Assembly: GCA_964016885.1 (NCBI GenBank)
Contig: OZ024748.1
Coordinates: 14,880,001 to 14,944,000 of the forward strand
Reading direction: 5' to 3'
Length of the DNA: 64,000 nucleotides
Source of the DNA: Eledone cirrhosa
Lineage: Eukaryota
Positions 28,075 through 40,826 of this stretch are shown here, one piece after another (within the stretch, counting starts at the first letter, position 1; each line of letters begins with the position of its first letter). Both the position numbers and the translations under genes were made by a program. The notes under the pieces were generated by a model. That model was not told the DNA's origin. It worked only from the letters and a program-made list of their open reading frames with translations, and did no database searches.

Positions 28075-28531
28075 CATACATGTATGTGTATGTGTGTTTG
28101 TGTGTGTGCGTGTGTGTTTATTTACTATATATATAATGTGTTGTTGCACAAGTGCATGTGTGCATTGAAATATATACATACATACATACACTCAAGTAAA
28201 TGTATAGCTATGCAATTTAGAAATTTTCATTCCATCCACCTGGTTTCTGGTTTGATCATACTGCTGCATGGTATCTTAGGCAGTTGTTGAGCTGGCCACT
28301 AATTAGTGTATCAATCTGACCTGTAGCTTACCAGTTCAATTAAGATATGTGGAATCAGCACCAGACTTTAAAATATGTATGTATCGGCACTGAGATTGGC
28401 CTCTAGCCATAAAACGCTGTCTTCAAAATATTTCATTTAGTGGTAAGAAACTGTCAAGAGAGCTGGACAGCAGAAGGTCTTTAAAGAAGAAACCCCGCTC
28501 AAGCGAGTGTTTTGGCCCTGAATCTAAAAGC

Positions 28532-28565
<34 letters not shown>

Positions 28566-28572
<7 letters not shown>

Positions 28573-28927
28573 GTGAGGTTTTTTTTTACAAAATGAAAAG
28601 TAACCGAGGTGTCCTACACGAGTGAAAGTATAAAGAAAAAGAGATGAAATCGAAAATGCAACTGAAGTCTTATTTTTTTTTTAAATATATATATTTATTT
28701 GGTTCCTTTACCGGTTTCGCAGTTCTTCTGCTTTTCAAAAGGCGAGTTGAGATGGAGGGTCTGTGGTTTTTCTCACAGGTTGTTTTTTCATATATGAGTG
28801 TTTGAATTTCTTTTTACTTGAAAAAAGGAGGCTCACGAAGGCTTTTTTTTGGAACCAAATAAATATATATATTTTTAAAAAAAATAAGACTTCAGTTGCA
28901 TTTTCGATTTCATCTCTTTTTCTTTAT
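28566..28927 (-). mobile_element. PLE pLTR with an inverted partial arm, embedded in (TA)n
   Basis: 28633-28706 is inverted at 28851-28926; homologous to 55692-55990; contains the hammerhead at 28705-28742. Confidence 0.8.
28705..28742 (-). ncRNA. Minimal hammerhead motif with a U3-A8 variant core
   Basis: Minus strand CCTT-TTGAAAA-GCAG-AAGAA-CTGC-GAAA-CCGG-TA-AAGG: perfect stems I and II, palindromic ACCGGT stem III. Confidence 0.78.
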
Positions 28928-29185
28928 ATATATATATATATATATATCATCATCATTATCACCATTTACTGTCTTATTTTCTATGCTTGCTTGGGTCAAA
29001 GGGATCATCCATGCTATAAGGCAAGTCTGGCCATTTAGCCATTTTTTTTACAGCTTGATGTTCTTCCTAACACCAACCACACACACATATGTATATATAC
29101 ATATTCAATATGTCTGCCATAACACATATATCTGTCTGCTAAACATTTGTCTATCTTCTATGACTATTTTGATCCCTGCATGTGG

Positions 29186-29475
29186 ATGCACACGGCCTAG
29201 TGCTAAGGGTGTTGGACTTAAGATCATAATGTCATGGGTTTAATCCATGGACTGGGTTCTATGTTGTATTCTTTAGAAAAATACTTTATTTCATGTCAAT
29301 GCATGATACTCAGCTGAAAATGAGTACCAGCAATAGTTGAGAATTTAACATTGCAATTGACTAATGCCATGTCCAGGCGGGAGTCTTGTACTCTCAGTCA
29401 CTTAATGCCATAAACAATGGGATAAGCACCTCTCCTGATGTGCCTCCATGCTCGAGCCAGATTTGAAACTTTTTT
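29186..29475 (+). mobile_element. SINE family C, diverged
   Basis: Colinear with 59411-59693. Confidence 0.8.
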
Positions 29476-30400
29476 AGTTGTAGTAATAGGTGACTATAAA
29501 ATGTTACTGCGAAGAAGGGCACTTGGCCATAGTTCAAAGAGGACCCTCATCATGAATATGATTATAAACTTAACTCCTGCTTTTACATGGGAAATTGTAC
29601 TAAAACAGTAAAATACTTGTTATGTTGATGTTGTTGTTTGTTTTAAATGGCTAAAATGTCTCATCTGCATTGTAATGTTCTTATCCAGTGAGATAAAATA
29701 CAATTAATTGTAAAAATAAAAAAAAGGAATATTTCACAGTTCTAACCTCTATCAGAGTAATTAGTTGCAGAGAGATTGTTGAGGAGAAATAATTTGGGAT
29801 TTCTGGTGAAATATTAAACATAAGAGAATAAACAACTTGTATAGACACCTCTTAAAAAATCCTGAAGTATTCTCTTTCTTCTGTGAACTTAATCTTTTGT
29901 TGATTGCCTGTCAATCTGAACTAAGATTGGCTGTCATTCAAGTGAATGTTTCAGTATTCATTTTAGACAAGAGGCTTCACATAAAACTACAATAATGTTC
30001 TAAATTAGAACCCAGATATATATATACCAGATAAAATCTGTATCAGATAAGTAGCTTTCTCAGAATGGAATGGTACAATATCCTCTCTAGTGCAACTTTA
30101 CTAGTCTTAATATAACAACAACAATGTTGCAATGAAAAGCACAAAAACCTGACTAGTTACTAAGTTCACGAGTTTGACATTGAAGAACTATTCCTGCACT
30201 GGTTTCTAAATGGCCTCCTTTTTTCTCATACATTCTCTCTTTTGTTTCAACCCTTTTGATACCCAACTACAAGAAACTGCTCTTACTTTCATATATTACA
30301 ATAGAAGCAAGATTTGAACACCAATGATTTTACAATTCTGCTAATCATCAACAACAACACCCTTTGTGTGCTTGCACAAGAGTATATATATATATATATA

Positions 30401-31962
30401 GCAAAGTTCACATCCACTCAGACAAAACTGGAAATCTATACCACATGGATATTGATAATTACAATGAGTTCATTTATATAGAACACAGAAAAATTTATAA
30501 AAAAACAAATAATGCGGCTCTTACCAATATCAACAACAAAACATACAACATAGTAAATAAACACAATATTGAAGACAGAACTGAACCTTTGGCACTGAGA
30601 AAAACACACTTTAACCTGAAAGATCACAAATCTAACTTTAACTCTAATCCTTCTATAAGACTTATATGCCCTTCCAAATCTGACATTGGCATCATTAGTA
30701 AAACATTTGTAGATAGAATCATCCCACAATTAAGAAAACATGTTAATTTACGACTCTGGGAAAACACATCCCAAGTAATTAACTAGTTTACTAATATTAG
30801 AAATAAATCATCTGCTTCATGTGCATATTATCATGCACGCTAGACAAATACTACTGGAATTTCAGAATTTTAGATAGAATCATCCCACAATTAAGAAAAC
30901 ATGTTAATTTACCACTCTGGGAAAACACATCCCAAGTAATTAACTGGTTTACTAATATTAGAAATAAATCATCTGCTTCATGTGCAATATTATCATGCAC
31001 GCTAGACAAATACTACTGGAATTTCAGAAGGAATACTGGATCAGAAATACATATAGTAATCTCTTCGATATTACTATGGGCTCTAGTGATTCTGCCCAAA
31101 TTACCGATCTTGTGGGCCCCTTTCTTCTATTTAACATAAATTCTTCTTTTCCCCACCTTAAAGGTGGTTTATATCGTGATGACTGTCTTCTTCTTTCCAC
31201 TAATCTTAGCTTATCAGAAATCGAAAAAATAAAAAAAACTTATTAGAACTTTCCTCAAAGACTATTACAATCTCACTATTACATTTGAAAACACCAGTAA
31301 AATAGTTAATTTCCTAGATATAAATTTAGACTTATCTACAGGTATCTACGAACCTTACCATAAACCTAACCAAAACTTACATTACATACACTCACAATCC
31401 AATCATCCTAGATCTATCCTTAAAAACCTAGCATATAATATCTCACTCAGAATCTCTAACCTTTCATCTAACCAGGATGTATTCGATAAAAATGCGACCT
31501 TTTATAACGAAGCTCTAGCTAGAAGCGGCCACAAAAACAAATTAGTCTATATACCTTGCACCAATAATACTGCAAACATACAACCCAATATTACCAACAA
31601 ACACCAAATGAAAAACCCACACATAAATGCCACTCACACTACACCCCAAAATACCAATCTAAAACTTAATTTCTCTACCACTTCTCACATAAAATATGAC
31701 TTTCATAAAACCATTCATCCTAATACTCCAATATATGTTAACAACATTACTAACAAAATTCCTAATAATCAGACTAAAACACCTAAATCAGTTAATCTAA
31801 CTAAACCTATATATAATAAATTCACTAATAGTAACTCTCTGAGTAAACATCCTGATACATCGTATAAATATAAAAAACAATATCGAAGCCATAATAGACG
31901 GGTTACTTGGTATAATGCTCCATTTAATCTACAAATTAAAGATAATATCCCTAAAAATTTTA
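30401..31962 (+). pseudogene. Penelope-like retroelement reverse transcriptase fragment (inactive)
   Basis: Motifs SDKTGNLY, LKDHKSNF...IRLICPSKSDIG, FDITMGSSDSAQITDLVG, GLYRDDCL, VNFLDINLDL, SNHP and VTWYNAPF; stops and frameshifts, internal duplication, no GIY-YIG domain visible. Confidence 0.92.
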
Positions 31963-32024
31963 GTAGTGACTACCATGACTGAACCTTAACCATCTACTAT
32001 GTCAGAGTATGCCATGCATCATCT

Positions 32025-32091
32025 TATTTTATCTGATGAGGACGTACTGTTGAAGTTAACTCAGTACCTCTGAAATATGTATAATAAAATA
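32025..32091 (+). ncRNA. Minimal hammerhead motif just downstream of the PLE RT
   Basis: TATTTTAT-CTGATGA(32033-32039)-GGACGTACTG...CAGTACCTCT-GAAA(32072-32075)-TATGTA-TA-ATAAAATA; same architecture as 4597-4667. Confidence 0.8.
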
Positions 32092-32230
32092 TACTTGATC
32101 ACAAGAATATCTATTTTGTTAATATTTTGAAATTAATATTAATAACTCCGGAAAACCATAGCTGTTGAGTGCTTCCAATCTATTGTAAAACTTATTCTTT
32201 GATTTATTCATTGAACCTTGTTTAACCTTT

Positions 32231-32262
<32 letters not shown>

Positions 32263-32266
32263 ATAT

Positions 32267-32298
<32 letters not shown>

Positions 32299-32784
32299 AT
32301 ATATATATATTATATATATATATTGTATATATATATATTATATAAATATAACACCATATATATGTGTTTACAGATATATATGGTGTAAAAACAATAGTTT
32401 ATAAGGTATTTTATATATAAGAGCCTATAAACTATTGTTTTTACACAATATATATGTGTAAATACACACAAATATCATCATTGTCATTTGACATATTTTG
32501 GACAAATAAGTTATTACTTAATCGGAACTACTGCTCTCCAAGACAGGTCAGAGGACTATGTCTTTCTAAGTGCATTCCATCAGGATGCAGCTCTGAACAC
32601 TAACCCGCTTGTAGATTGTGTTAAGTGCATCTTAATATGGCACAAGCACTAGTGAGTTGGTCACATCCTTAATGTAGCTGAAATGCCCTATCTTGCTTTG
32701 TGGTTAACTGTGAAACTATAGAGGTATACTACATTTGAGTAAACTACTTTGTCATTTATTCAGTTTTGAGTTTATGATACATTT

Positions 32785-33080
32785 ATGATTTACAAAATAA
32801 GTTAAATTTTACAAACAAAACCATAATTTTAAAATAAGTCAGATTTTACAAAAAAAAAACAAAACTCAAAATGTATATAATTTACAAAATAAGATTTTAC
32901 AAACCAAAACCATATTTTACAAAATGAGTCAGATTTCATAAAAACAAAACAAAATATACATTTATAATTTACAATATAAGATTTTACAAAACAAAAACAT
33001 AATTTACAAAATTCATCAGATTTTACAAAAATAAAATATATATATGATACACATATATAATTTACAAAATAATTTAGAAT
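32785..33080. repeat. Degenerate AT-rich minisatellite
   Basis: Recurring TTTACAAAATAAG...AGATTTTACAAAA units about 40-50 bp apart. Confidence 0.8.
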
Positions 33081-33515
33081 GTACAACATAATCTAATGGC
33101 TGATTGCATGAAAAATAAATCATAAACAAAAAAAATTAGGATGATGAATGACGACATTCCTTGCAATTAATCATCTTTTGAAAGGTTGAACCTTAAAAAA
33201 AAAAAATACAAAGGAAAACAATTCATGTCAAACATATTTTGGAACAAAGTTTATAAAAGTAAATTTATGAATAAAAAAAAATATGTTTGTGTATAATGTG
33301 CAAGAGAATAATTAAACAAATATTGTTTTAATCTTCATGGATTAAAACACAAAAGAGTAATTTTGATTTTAATTTTAAAACAAAAACATGTTAATTTTCT
33401 TAAGAACAGATTTACAAACATATTTACCCATTTTTTACCAGCTTGGTCAAAACTAGCTTTGGTTCTATGAAACAAAATCTTTCATTTTAAAGGGTTTCTA
33501 TTTCAAACATATTAA

Positions 33516-33735
33516 CCCTTTTTATATTTTTATACCAGCTCTGGTTCTATGAAACAAAACCACTAAAGGGTTTCTATTTCAATTAAAACCTTTTGGCATA
33601 ATGTTTGTATAAGATATATATTTTCTGTTAGTATCTTAATAAAGAAATTATCAATAATTTTTGCGAGTCCCCCAAAATTCTTCATTAATTAATTGAAATA
33701 GAATATATTTCATTAGGGATATGATTGCAAAAAGA
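33516..33735 (+). mobile_element. piggyBac-like MITE (second subfamily)
   Basis: TTAA|CCCTT start, AAAGA|TTAA end; GGTTCTATGAAACAAAACCAC motif also near 3770 and 53410. Confidence 0.6.
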
Positions 33736-33845
33736 TTAAACAAACATTCCTTTATCATTTGTGGAATAAAACAGAAAAAATATATTTCTTTTTTAACATT
33801 TAAATAAAACTTTACAATCTTCTAAAGAACATTTTATAAATATAT

Positions 33846-34505
33846 TAATAATGGTTTCAACATTTGGCACAAGGCCAACAATTTGAAAGGAATAGTAAAG
33901 TTGACTAAATCAACCCCAATGTGTTACTGGTACTTTATATTATCAACCACATAAGGACGAAAGGCAGATCTAATCTCAGCAGGATTTGAACTCAGAATGT
34001 AAAGGACCATAACTCTAACAATACTCCCAATCCACCACCCTCATAAGCATATCACGAATGATTTCTAATCTAGATCATGGCCATCGATTTGTCAGGAGAG
34101 AAAAGCCGATTACATTGGGCTCTGTGGGAATCTCATACTTTATTTTATTGACCCTGGAAGAATGACTGGCAAACATTAATCTCAGCAGGATTTGAACTCT
34201 AAATTGCAGTTTATATAAAAGACCATGTACTATTCTGCCTGACTTTCTAAAGATTCTGCCAATCTGCCACCGTTATATAAATATTAATAATTGTTTCTAC
34301 TTTAGGTACAAGGCTAGTAGTTTTGGGGGCTGGGAGGGGAAAGTCAATTAAATCAACCCCAGTGCATTACAAGTACTTTATTTTATCAACCCTGTAAGGA
34401 TGAAAGGCAACGCTAACCTCAGAAGGATTTGAACTCAGAACGTAAAAGGTCGTAACTCTATGCCACGAAGCATGATGTCAGATGCTCTACCTATACAGTC
34501 AATCC
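33846..34505 (-). mobile_element. Three head-to-tail SINE family B copies
   Basis: Three successive ...GGATTTGAACTC... units with family B bodies. Confidence 0.85.
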
Positions 34506-35038
34506 ATATTGAGGGATGTGCATTTTTTTTTTTGTTTCATCTGTTTAGCAGAACGCATTTGACTACTTATTTAATTCTGCCTTCCTTGCAAATACATAAT
34601 TTATTTAAAGTAGGGCACATAGTTTGACTTGACAAGTATCACAAATGAATTATAGTTAGGGTATGGTCCTAGGGAATAGGATTGCTAAAGTAAGTGTAAA
34701 ACTTACTTTGAGTCATATGTTATTTTTCAATTCAGTTTACTACGAATCAATGACGTACTACCAATTGTACATCAAATACTACTATATATCACAGTCTTCT
34801 TTAGTCCCTCCCCCCCAAACCAAATTTCATTCACAAACCATGGGTTAATGAAAGGCCATACTAGAAGACACCCATGGTGACATGCAGTGTGTCTGACTCA
34901 GAAGCACATTGTTGTGAAGCAAACTTCTTAACCGCACATTATCCCCAGCCATGTATCTATCTATTTATATATATATATATTTATCTCTCTCTATATATAT
35001 ATCTATATATATCTATCTATATACATACACGCACACAC

Positions 35039-35074
<36 letters not shown>

Positions 35075-35149
35075 GTGGTCCCACCCTTGCAAGCAGGGAA
35101 AAAATGGACGTAAAATGAAATGATATAGATATATATGTGTGTGTGTATG

Positions 35150-35189
<40 letters not shown>

Positions 35190-35407
35190 TATATATATTA
35201 TGCAGCTTCCTTCACTAGAGAAAACTAAGACATTTTTGAAAATACATCTTGTGTTTTTTTCATCAATTTGATAAAAATATCCACTGACACATGCAGGCAT
35301 GTTTCCCTCACCAACATTTGCAGGAACATTTCATTCAACTTACTTTCAGTTATCTCTCAGAAATAACAATGATAATCAGACCCCATGAATCTCTCTCTCT
35401 CTCTCTC

Positions 35408-35443
<36 letters not shown>

Positions 35444-35513
35444 CACATACAAACATATGTATATACATAGATATATGTACATTCATACATGCATACATAT
35501 ATACATATAACTC

Positions 35514-35559
<46 letters not shown>

Positions 35560-35792
35560 AGGGTTTAGCATAAGATGCAGAATAGGGAGGGGAGGGACTA
35601 AAAGATAATGTTTGAAGTCTCCTGTAAAAGCCATTCAACAGATGTGATGGCTATGAAAACAAACTGCAGGAAACTAAAGCTGTTAAGTCTTTTCAACATA
35701 CTGTATTTGATTTTATTTGACTTCTCTTTTACATTAAGTTCTTTAAGTATGTGTGTGTATATATGCATGTTTATATATATGTATATAGGCAA

Positions 35793-35840
<48 letters not shown>

Positions 35841-35947
35841 ATATATACATGCACATACATATATATATATATGTATATATACATGCACATATATATATGC
35901 ATATATATATATATATGCATACATATATACGTGCATACATATATACA

Positions 35948-36000
<53 letters not shown>

Positions 36001-36333
36001 AAATAATATATATATAAACTTATCTGAGTGACATTTGAGCTACTAGAAGACACAGGATAAATGAAGATAAACCCTTCCTAACAATGAACAAATATTTATC
36101 ACCAGAGATTGAGAAGAAATAAAACAACAATACAAATAAAAATATAACAACAAAATTCCCAAGCATTGACAAATACAAAACAGAAAAGATTAAATAGAAA
36201 TTTCAAATCAACTGAAGTGATATGTGAATGTGTGGAGAAGATAAGAATAGAGAAATCTTCCCTATTGCTTATCTAAAATTCTTCTGAAGTTTAAAACTGA
36301 AGTTAATTTAGCTTTTCTCTCAACAGATGGTGG

Positions 36334-36370
<37 letters not shown>

Positions 36371-36397
36371 TATATATATATATATACATATATATAT

Positions 36398-36533
36398 CCC
36401 AGTTCTATTGAGGGTAACCACAGTTAGTAAGGTACTCAATACATTAGTAGAATTTAAACATCAAGTTTAATATAGAAATGGCTACAACAGGACTAAAATT
36501 GTTTCATTCAAAAGGAATTATCAGGAAAGCCAT
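36398..36533 (-). ncRNA. PLE pLTR remnant with a degenerate hammerhead
   Basis: Minus strand CTGATAA-TTCCTTTTGAAT-GAAA-CAA...TTG-TA; homologous to 13972-14108 including AGGTACTCAATACAT. Confidence 0.55.
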
Positions 36534-36541
36534 ATATAAAT

Positions 36542-36760
36542 AAGGCACATGGCTGACTGGTTAGAGACCTGGATTCACAATTGTGAGGGTGTCAGCTCGA
36601 TTCCTGGACCAGGCAATGCGTCATGTCCTGAGCAAGCCACTTTATTTCACGTTGCTCCTTCTACCTAGAGTTGCGACCGATAGATAGTATTAGCAATCAG
36701 AAAGACCAACGGAAACATTGTTTCCTCTGTGGGATTTGACGAAAGTTGATCGACTGTTGA
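36542..36760 (+). mobile_element. SINE family D
   Basis: tRNA-like head, CCTGAGCAAGCCACTTTATTTCAC, and a body shared with 16047-16300. Confidence 0.7.
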
Positions 36761-37447
36761 TATATATATATGTATATATATATCCACCATTTGCTGACTT
36801 ACAAAACACTAGGAAATTTTGAAATTTAAAAATATATTTGCCACATTGCAGATAACAATGATAATAGTTCAAAAACTGTAATAATCATTGAATAAATCAG
36901 GTAAAAAACACCATCCAACACCACAAAAATTGTCAGGAAATCTCTGTGGTAAGAAGCTGTAGTAGAGGAAGAGGTAGGCTAATGTAGACCTGAGTGGAAG
37001 GGGTGGTGAGAGTTGATCTCAAATCACTGATACTTAAAGAGGTAATGATGAAAAGGACCTGTCCAACCCATGTGAGTGTGGAAAAATGGACGTAATGATA
37101 ATGATGATGACTGTAAATGCTTCAAGGAGAATGTGAACAAATCTAAACCAAAGTCATGTTATCTATGATGTCAAGCAAATATTAATCTTAATCCTACATT
37201 AAACTCTCCCACAAGACTACAACATCAGCCCTAAATTAAATTCAAACATGCCCTTCAAATCCAAACCTGTGCCTACTCAGCCAAACAATAGTCAACTTGT
37301 GCCAAATACTGGTATGATAGCGATCAGTGTTGGACTTAGTTATAAGCTAAATACGCTATAGCTTAGGGCCACACACCCTTTGGGGCCTGAATTTAAAATA
37401 TATTTTTATTTTATCATTAGTTTATACTTTTTAGCATTGCATTATCA

Positions 37448-37492
<45 letters not shown>

Positions 37493-38310
37493 TATATATA
37501 CATACATATATATATACATATATTGTGGATTATCTCTCTGTTGACCTCTCGCCATTGGTCTCCATTCTCTGAGGCGTTTTTGCCCATCGCTGTCTTTGAC
37601 ACCATTTTGCAGTTTTAACGGCTGTTTTAGCGATATTTTTCATTTTTATACACACACACATATATATTATATAATTTTTCTTAGATGGCCTTTGTTTGAT
37701 GAGACTTTTTGAGGCAGTCATCTATGGTCAGATGCTTTTATTCATGTCCAATCTTACTTGCCTTTGCCTCTTTTTTTTTTAAACTAAGCTACTTATATCA
37801 ATCCATCAAGCTGAACGAATTATTGTTCATGTAGGACATAAAAAAAATGTCAGTCTGCCCAATTGGTGACAATGCAAAGTAATGTGGAGACAAACACAGA
37901 TGAATGCATGTGTATCTTTTATGAGTGTAAATCAACAAAGGGTACAAACAATGAAAACATTGGCTAGAAAACAGCCACAAATTCTGAAGTCTCTATCAAT
38001 TATTTTTTCCTTAAAAAAAACTAAAACATTCACTATGCATTATATATTGTGTATGTGTGCACATTCAGTTAGTGTTTGGCTGTTTTTATATACAATATAT
38101 CATCAACATCTTCCAAAATTCACCTATGATAATGTTATATAGCACACGGAGCCAGTCAAACTAAATATATATATATATATATATACATATATATATTATA
38201 TATATATATATATAAATATATATATTATATATATATATATATAAATATATATGTACATACATATATATGTATATACATTTGTATATTATATATATATTAT
38301 ATATGTATAT

Positions 38311-38344
<34 letters not shown>

Positions 38345-38633
38345 TTGTATATTATATATATATATGTGTGTGTATGTGCATCATAATATTTGCAACAATA
38401 TATAACATATGTATACATTTTAAGGACATTTGTAGACTGTTCTCACACAGCAAGCAAGTATTAATCAATATGGTAGAATATATTTGTTATATTAATACAG
38501 ACTACTACTACCACCACCAACACCAATAATCCCATATTTACATAAATATCTAGTAAAGTACCTTAAGCACCCTGTGAACAACCATGTATGTCAACTGTGT
38601 AAGTCTCTTACAAAGGAAATAATACACGCACAT

Positions 38634-38666
<33 letters not shown>

Positions 38667-39025
38667 CTATAATCACCAACTGTCCACATATACCATTAAA
38701 GTATTATAGTTGTTTGAACCCAGATTTTTCTATAGAACCATCACACAATGCCATCAATAGGGAAAGACAGTTCTGGAATAGTGTAAAAAATAACCCTTAC
38801 TGATGTAGAATATTCTCGAATCTTTCATCAGAAAAATGCATTAGTAGAACAACATTGTTATCAAAGCTGCCTCTAAACATAAACAGAATCCAACAGAGCT
38901 GATGTCATCTGAGATGAGAGCAACAAATAGAAAAGCAATAATGCTGTTGTGGAAATCTGTTGTTTAATGGATATGAAGATCATATGTAAAGTCAATGACA
39001 AGGCTGAATGACACAACGACACAGT

Positions 39026-39262
39026 GATGGCACATGGCCCAGTGGTTAGAGTATTAAATTCACAATCATAAGATTGAACCAACAACAGTGTGAAGGTACA
39101 TGGCACAGTGGTTAGGGTATCGAATTCACCATCATAAAATTGAGCCAACAACTGTGTTGAAGGTACAAAGCCCAGTGGTTAAGGTGTTGAACTCATGGTC
39201 AACCCCAGGACCAGGCAGTATGTTGTGTTCTTGAGCAAGATGTTTCACTTCATATTGCTGTT
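39026..39262 (+). mobile_element. SINE head with the A-box half triplicated
   Basis: GAAGGYACATGGCxCAGTGGTTAG-like units at 39026, 39092 and 39159, then TTCTTGAGCAAGA. Confidence 0.75.
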
Positions 39263-39759
39263 CTTGAAAGGATTGGATCTCTATCATTAAAACACCTAAG
39301 AAACCTCCTATGAGATATAATTTCATAGCAGGTGAGCTAAACCTTAAAATGTGTGAGCTGTAACAAAAGATGTATGTCTGTGCATCAGTGTGAGAGAGGG
39401 CAGGGGGAATAGTGAGATAAAACTAAGGCCCATATAATTCAAACACAGGAGAAACCATCAAAGCAAGCCAGCTAAACTTGCATAGGTGTGAGCTGTAACA
39501 ACACCATACGTGTGTGTGACATTTCTCTAGGAGTAGGTCACATATAAAACCTGCGACTTAATTTGCATCCAATGATGTAGATAAGTTGTTCTTTTTGGGC
39601 AAATGCATTTGATGTTAAGAGAGTGGGATTGGCCCCATGCAAAGCCTTTCCTCACAATTGAGTTGCAGTCATCATCATGGATGGATTGATGGATGTATGC
39701 ATGTGTGTATCTAAACAAAAATAAATGGAAACAACAAAGCAAACAACACTGAATAAATA

Positions 39760-39830
39760 TATTAGTTTAACACTTGATGTAGTAGGAAAAGATGCTTTAC
39801 ATCTCGGTCAAATAGTTGTTCATCAGAAAA
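39760..39830 (-). ncRNA. Degenerate minimal hammerhead in a PLE pLTR remnant
   Basis: Minus strand TTTT-CTGATGA(39820-39826)-...-GAGA-TG-TA-AAG; downstream sequence resembles the 7.4-kb and 49.65-kb copies. Confidence 0.5.
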
Positions 39831-40098
39831 TAGAATGAGAAATAAAGGTTGAGCTAGAAAGATAGAAAAGGAAGCAACAGAGAAAAGATTTTGAGAAAAT
39901 ATGTGTGTATTCATTCTGAGAGAGAGAGATAGAAAGTTGTTGCTGTTGCTTATATATATATATATTGTGCACTTCTTATTAGACCTCCACCTGAAAAACA
40001 CTTTAACAGTCGTTGTGAATGATTTGTATGAAAATATTTGATTAACATACCTTTACATATACTTGTCTACTTATTTCCAATATATATATATATAATAT

Positions 40099-40181
<83 letters not shown>

Positions 40182-40519
40182 CAGTTAACATTTAAAGAAA
40201 GTATTGATGACATTCTTAGCTGTACGCTAAAATCTCTATAGATAAATGTCTGTTTATTGAGATCTGGCAAATTCTGACTGGAATTTCTGATTGAGATAAA
40301 ATATTTATAGCAAAATGAAATGAATAGTAATAATGATAATATATATATATAATTTGTGTATTTATTTTTTGTCTTGGATGCTGGAAATATTCCAAATGAC
40401 TATTTAGAAAATAACACATTTCACGTAAGTTTGCAAATTCTTTATCTTTCTCTCTCACTCACTCTCCTGTATATATAGAGATATATATATACATACATAG
40501 ATATATATATATATATATA

Positions 40520-40780
40520 TCATTGTCATCATCATCATTATTTTACATCCGCTTTTCCCTGCTCGCAAGGGTGGGACGGCTCCTTTTCAACACAACATCT
40601 CTCCATTCGTCATGGTCCTTTGTCATCTCCTCTGTGAACTTCAGTCATCTGAGATCAGCTCTTACCACCTCCACCCATGTCTTTCCTGGTCTTCCTCTAC
40701 AGCGTTTTCCTTCCACTGAGATTTCTTGGCACTTCTTTACCCAGCGGTCATCTTCCATGTGCATCACATGTCCATACCAA
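40520..40780 (-). mobile_element. RTE LINE (family 2) 3' fragment
   Basis: WYGHVMHMEDDRWVKKCQEISVEGKRCRGRPGKTW...; tail type 2 plus (ATG)n. Confidence 0.92.
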
Positions 40781-40795
40781 AACATATGTATATGT

Positions 40796-40826
<31 letters not shown>

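Noticed and set aside
30401-31982. Selenocysteine recoding, reported for some Naiad PLEs
   Set aside because: The internal stops I could read are TAG, one of which is TGG in the duplicate copy; no conserved in-frame TGA or SECIS seen.
38800-38835. Minus-strand CTGATGA
   Set aside because: No correctly placed GAAA or stem I.
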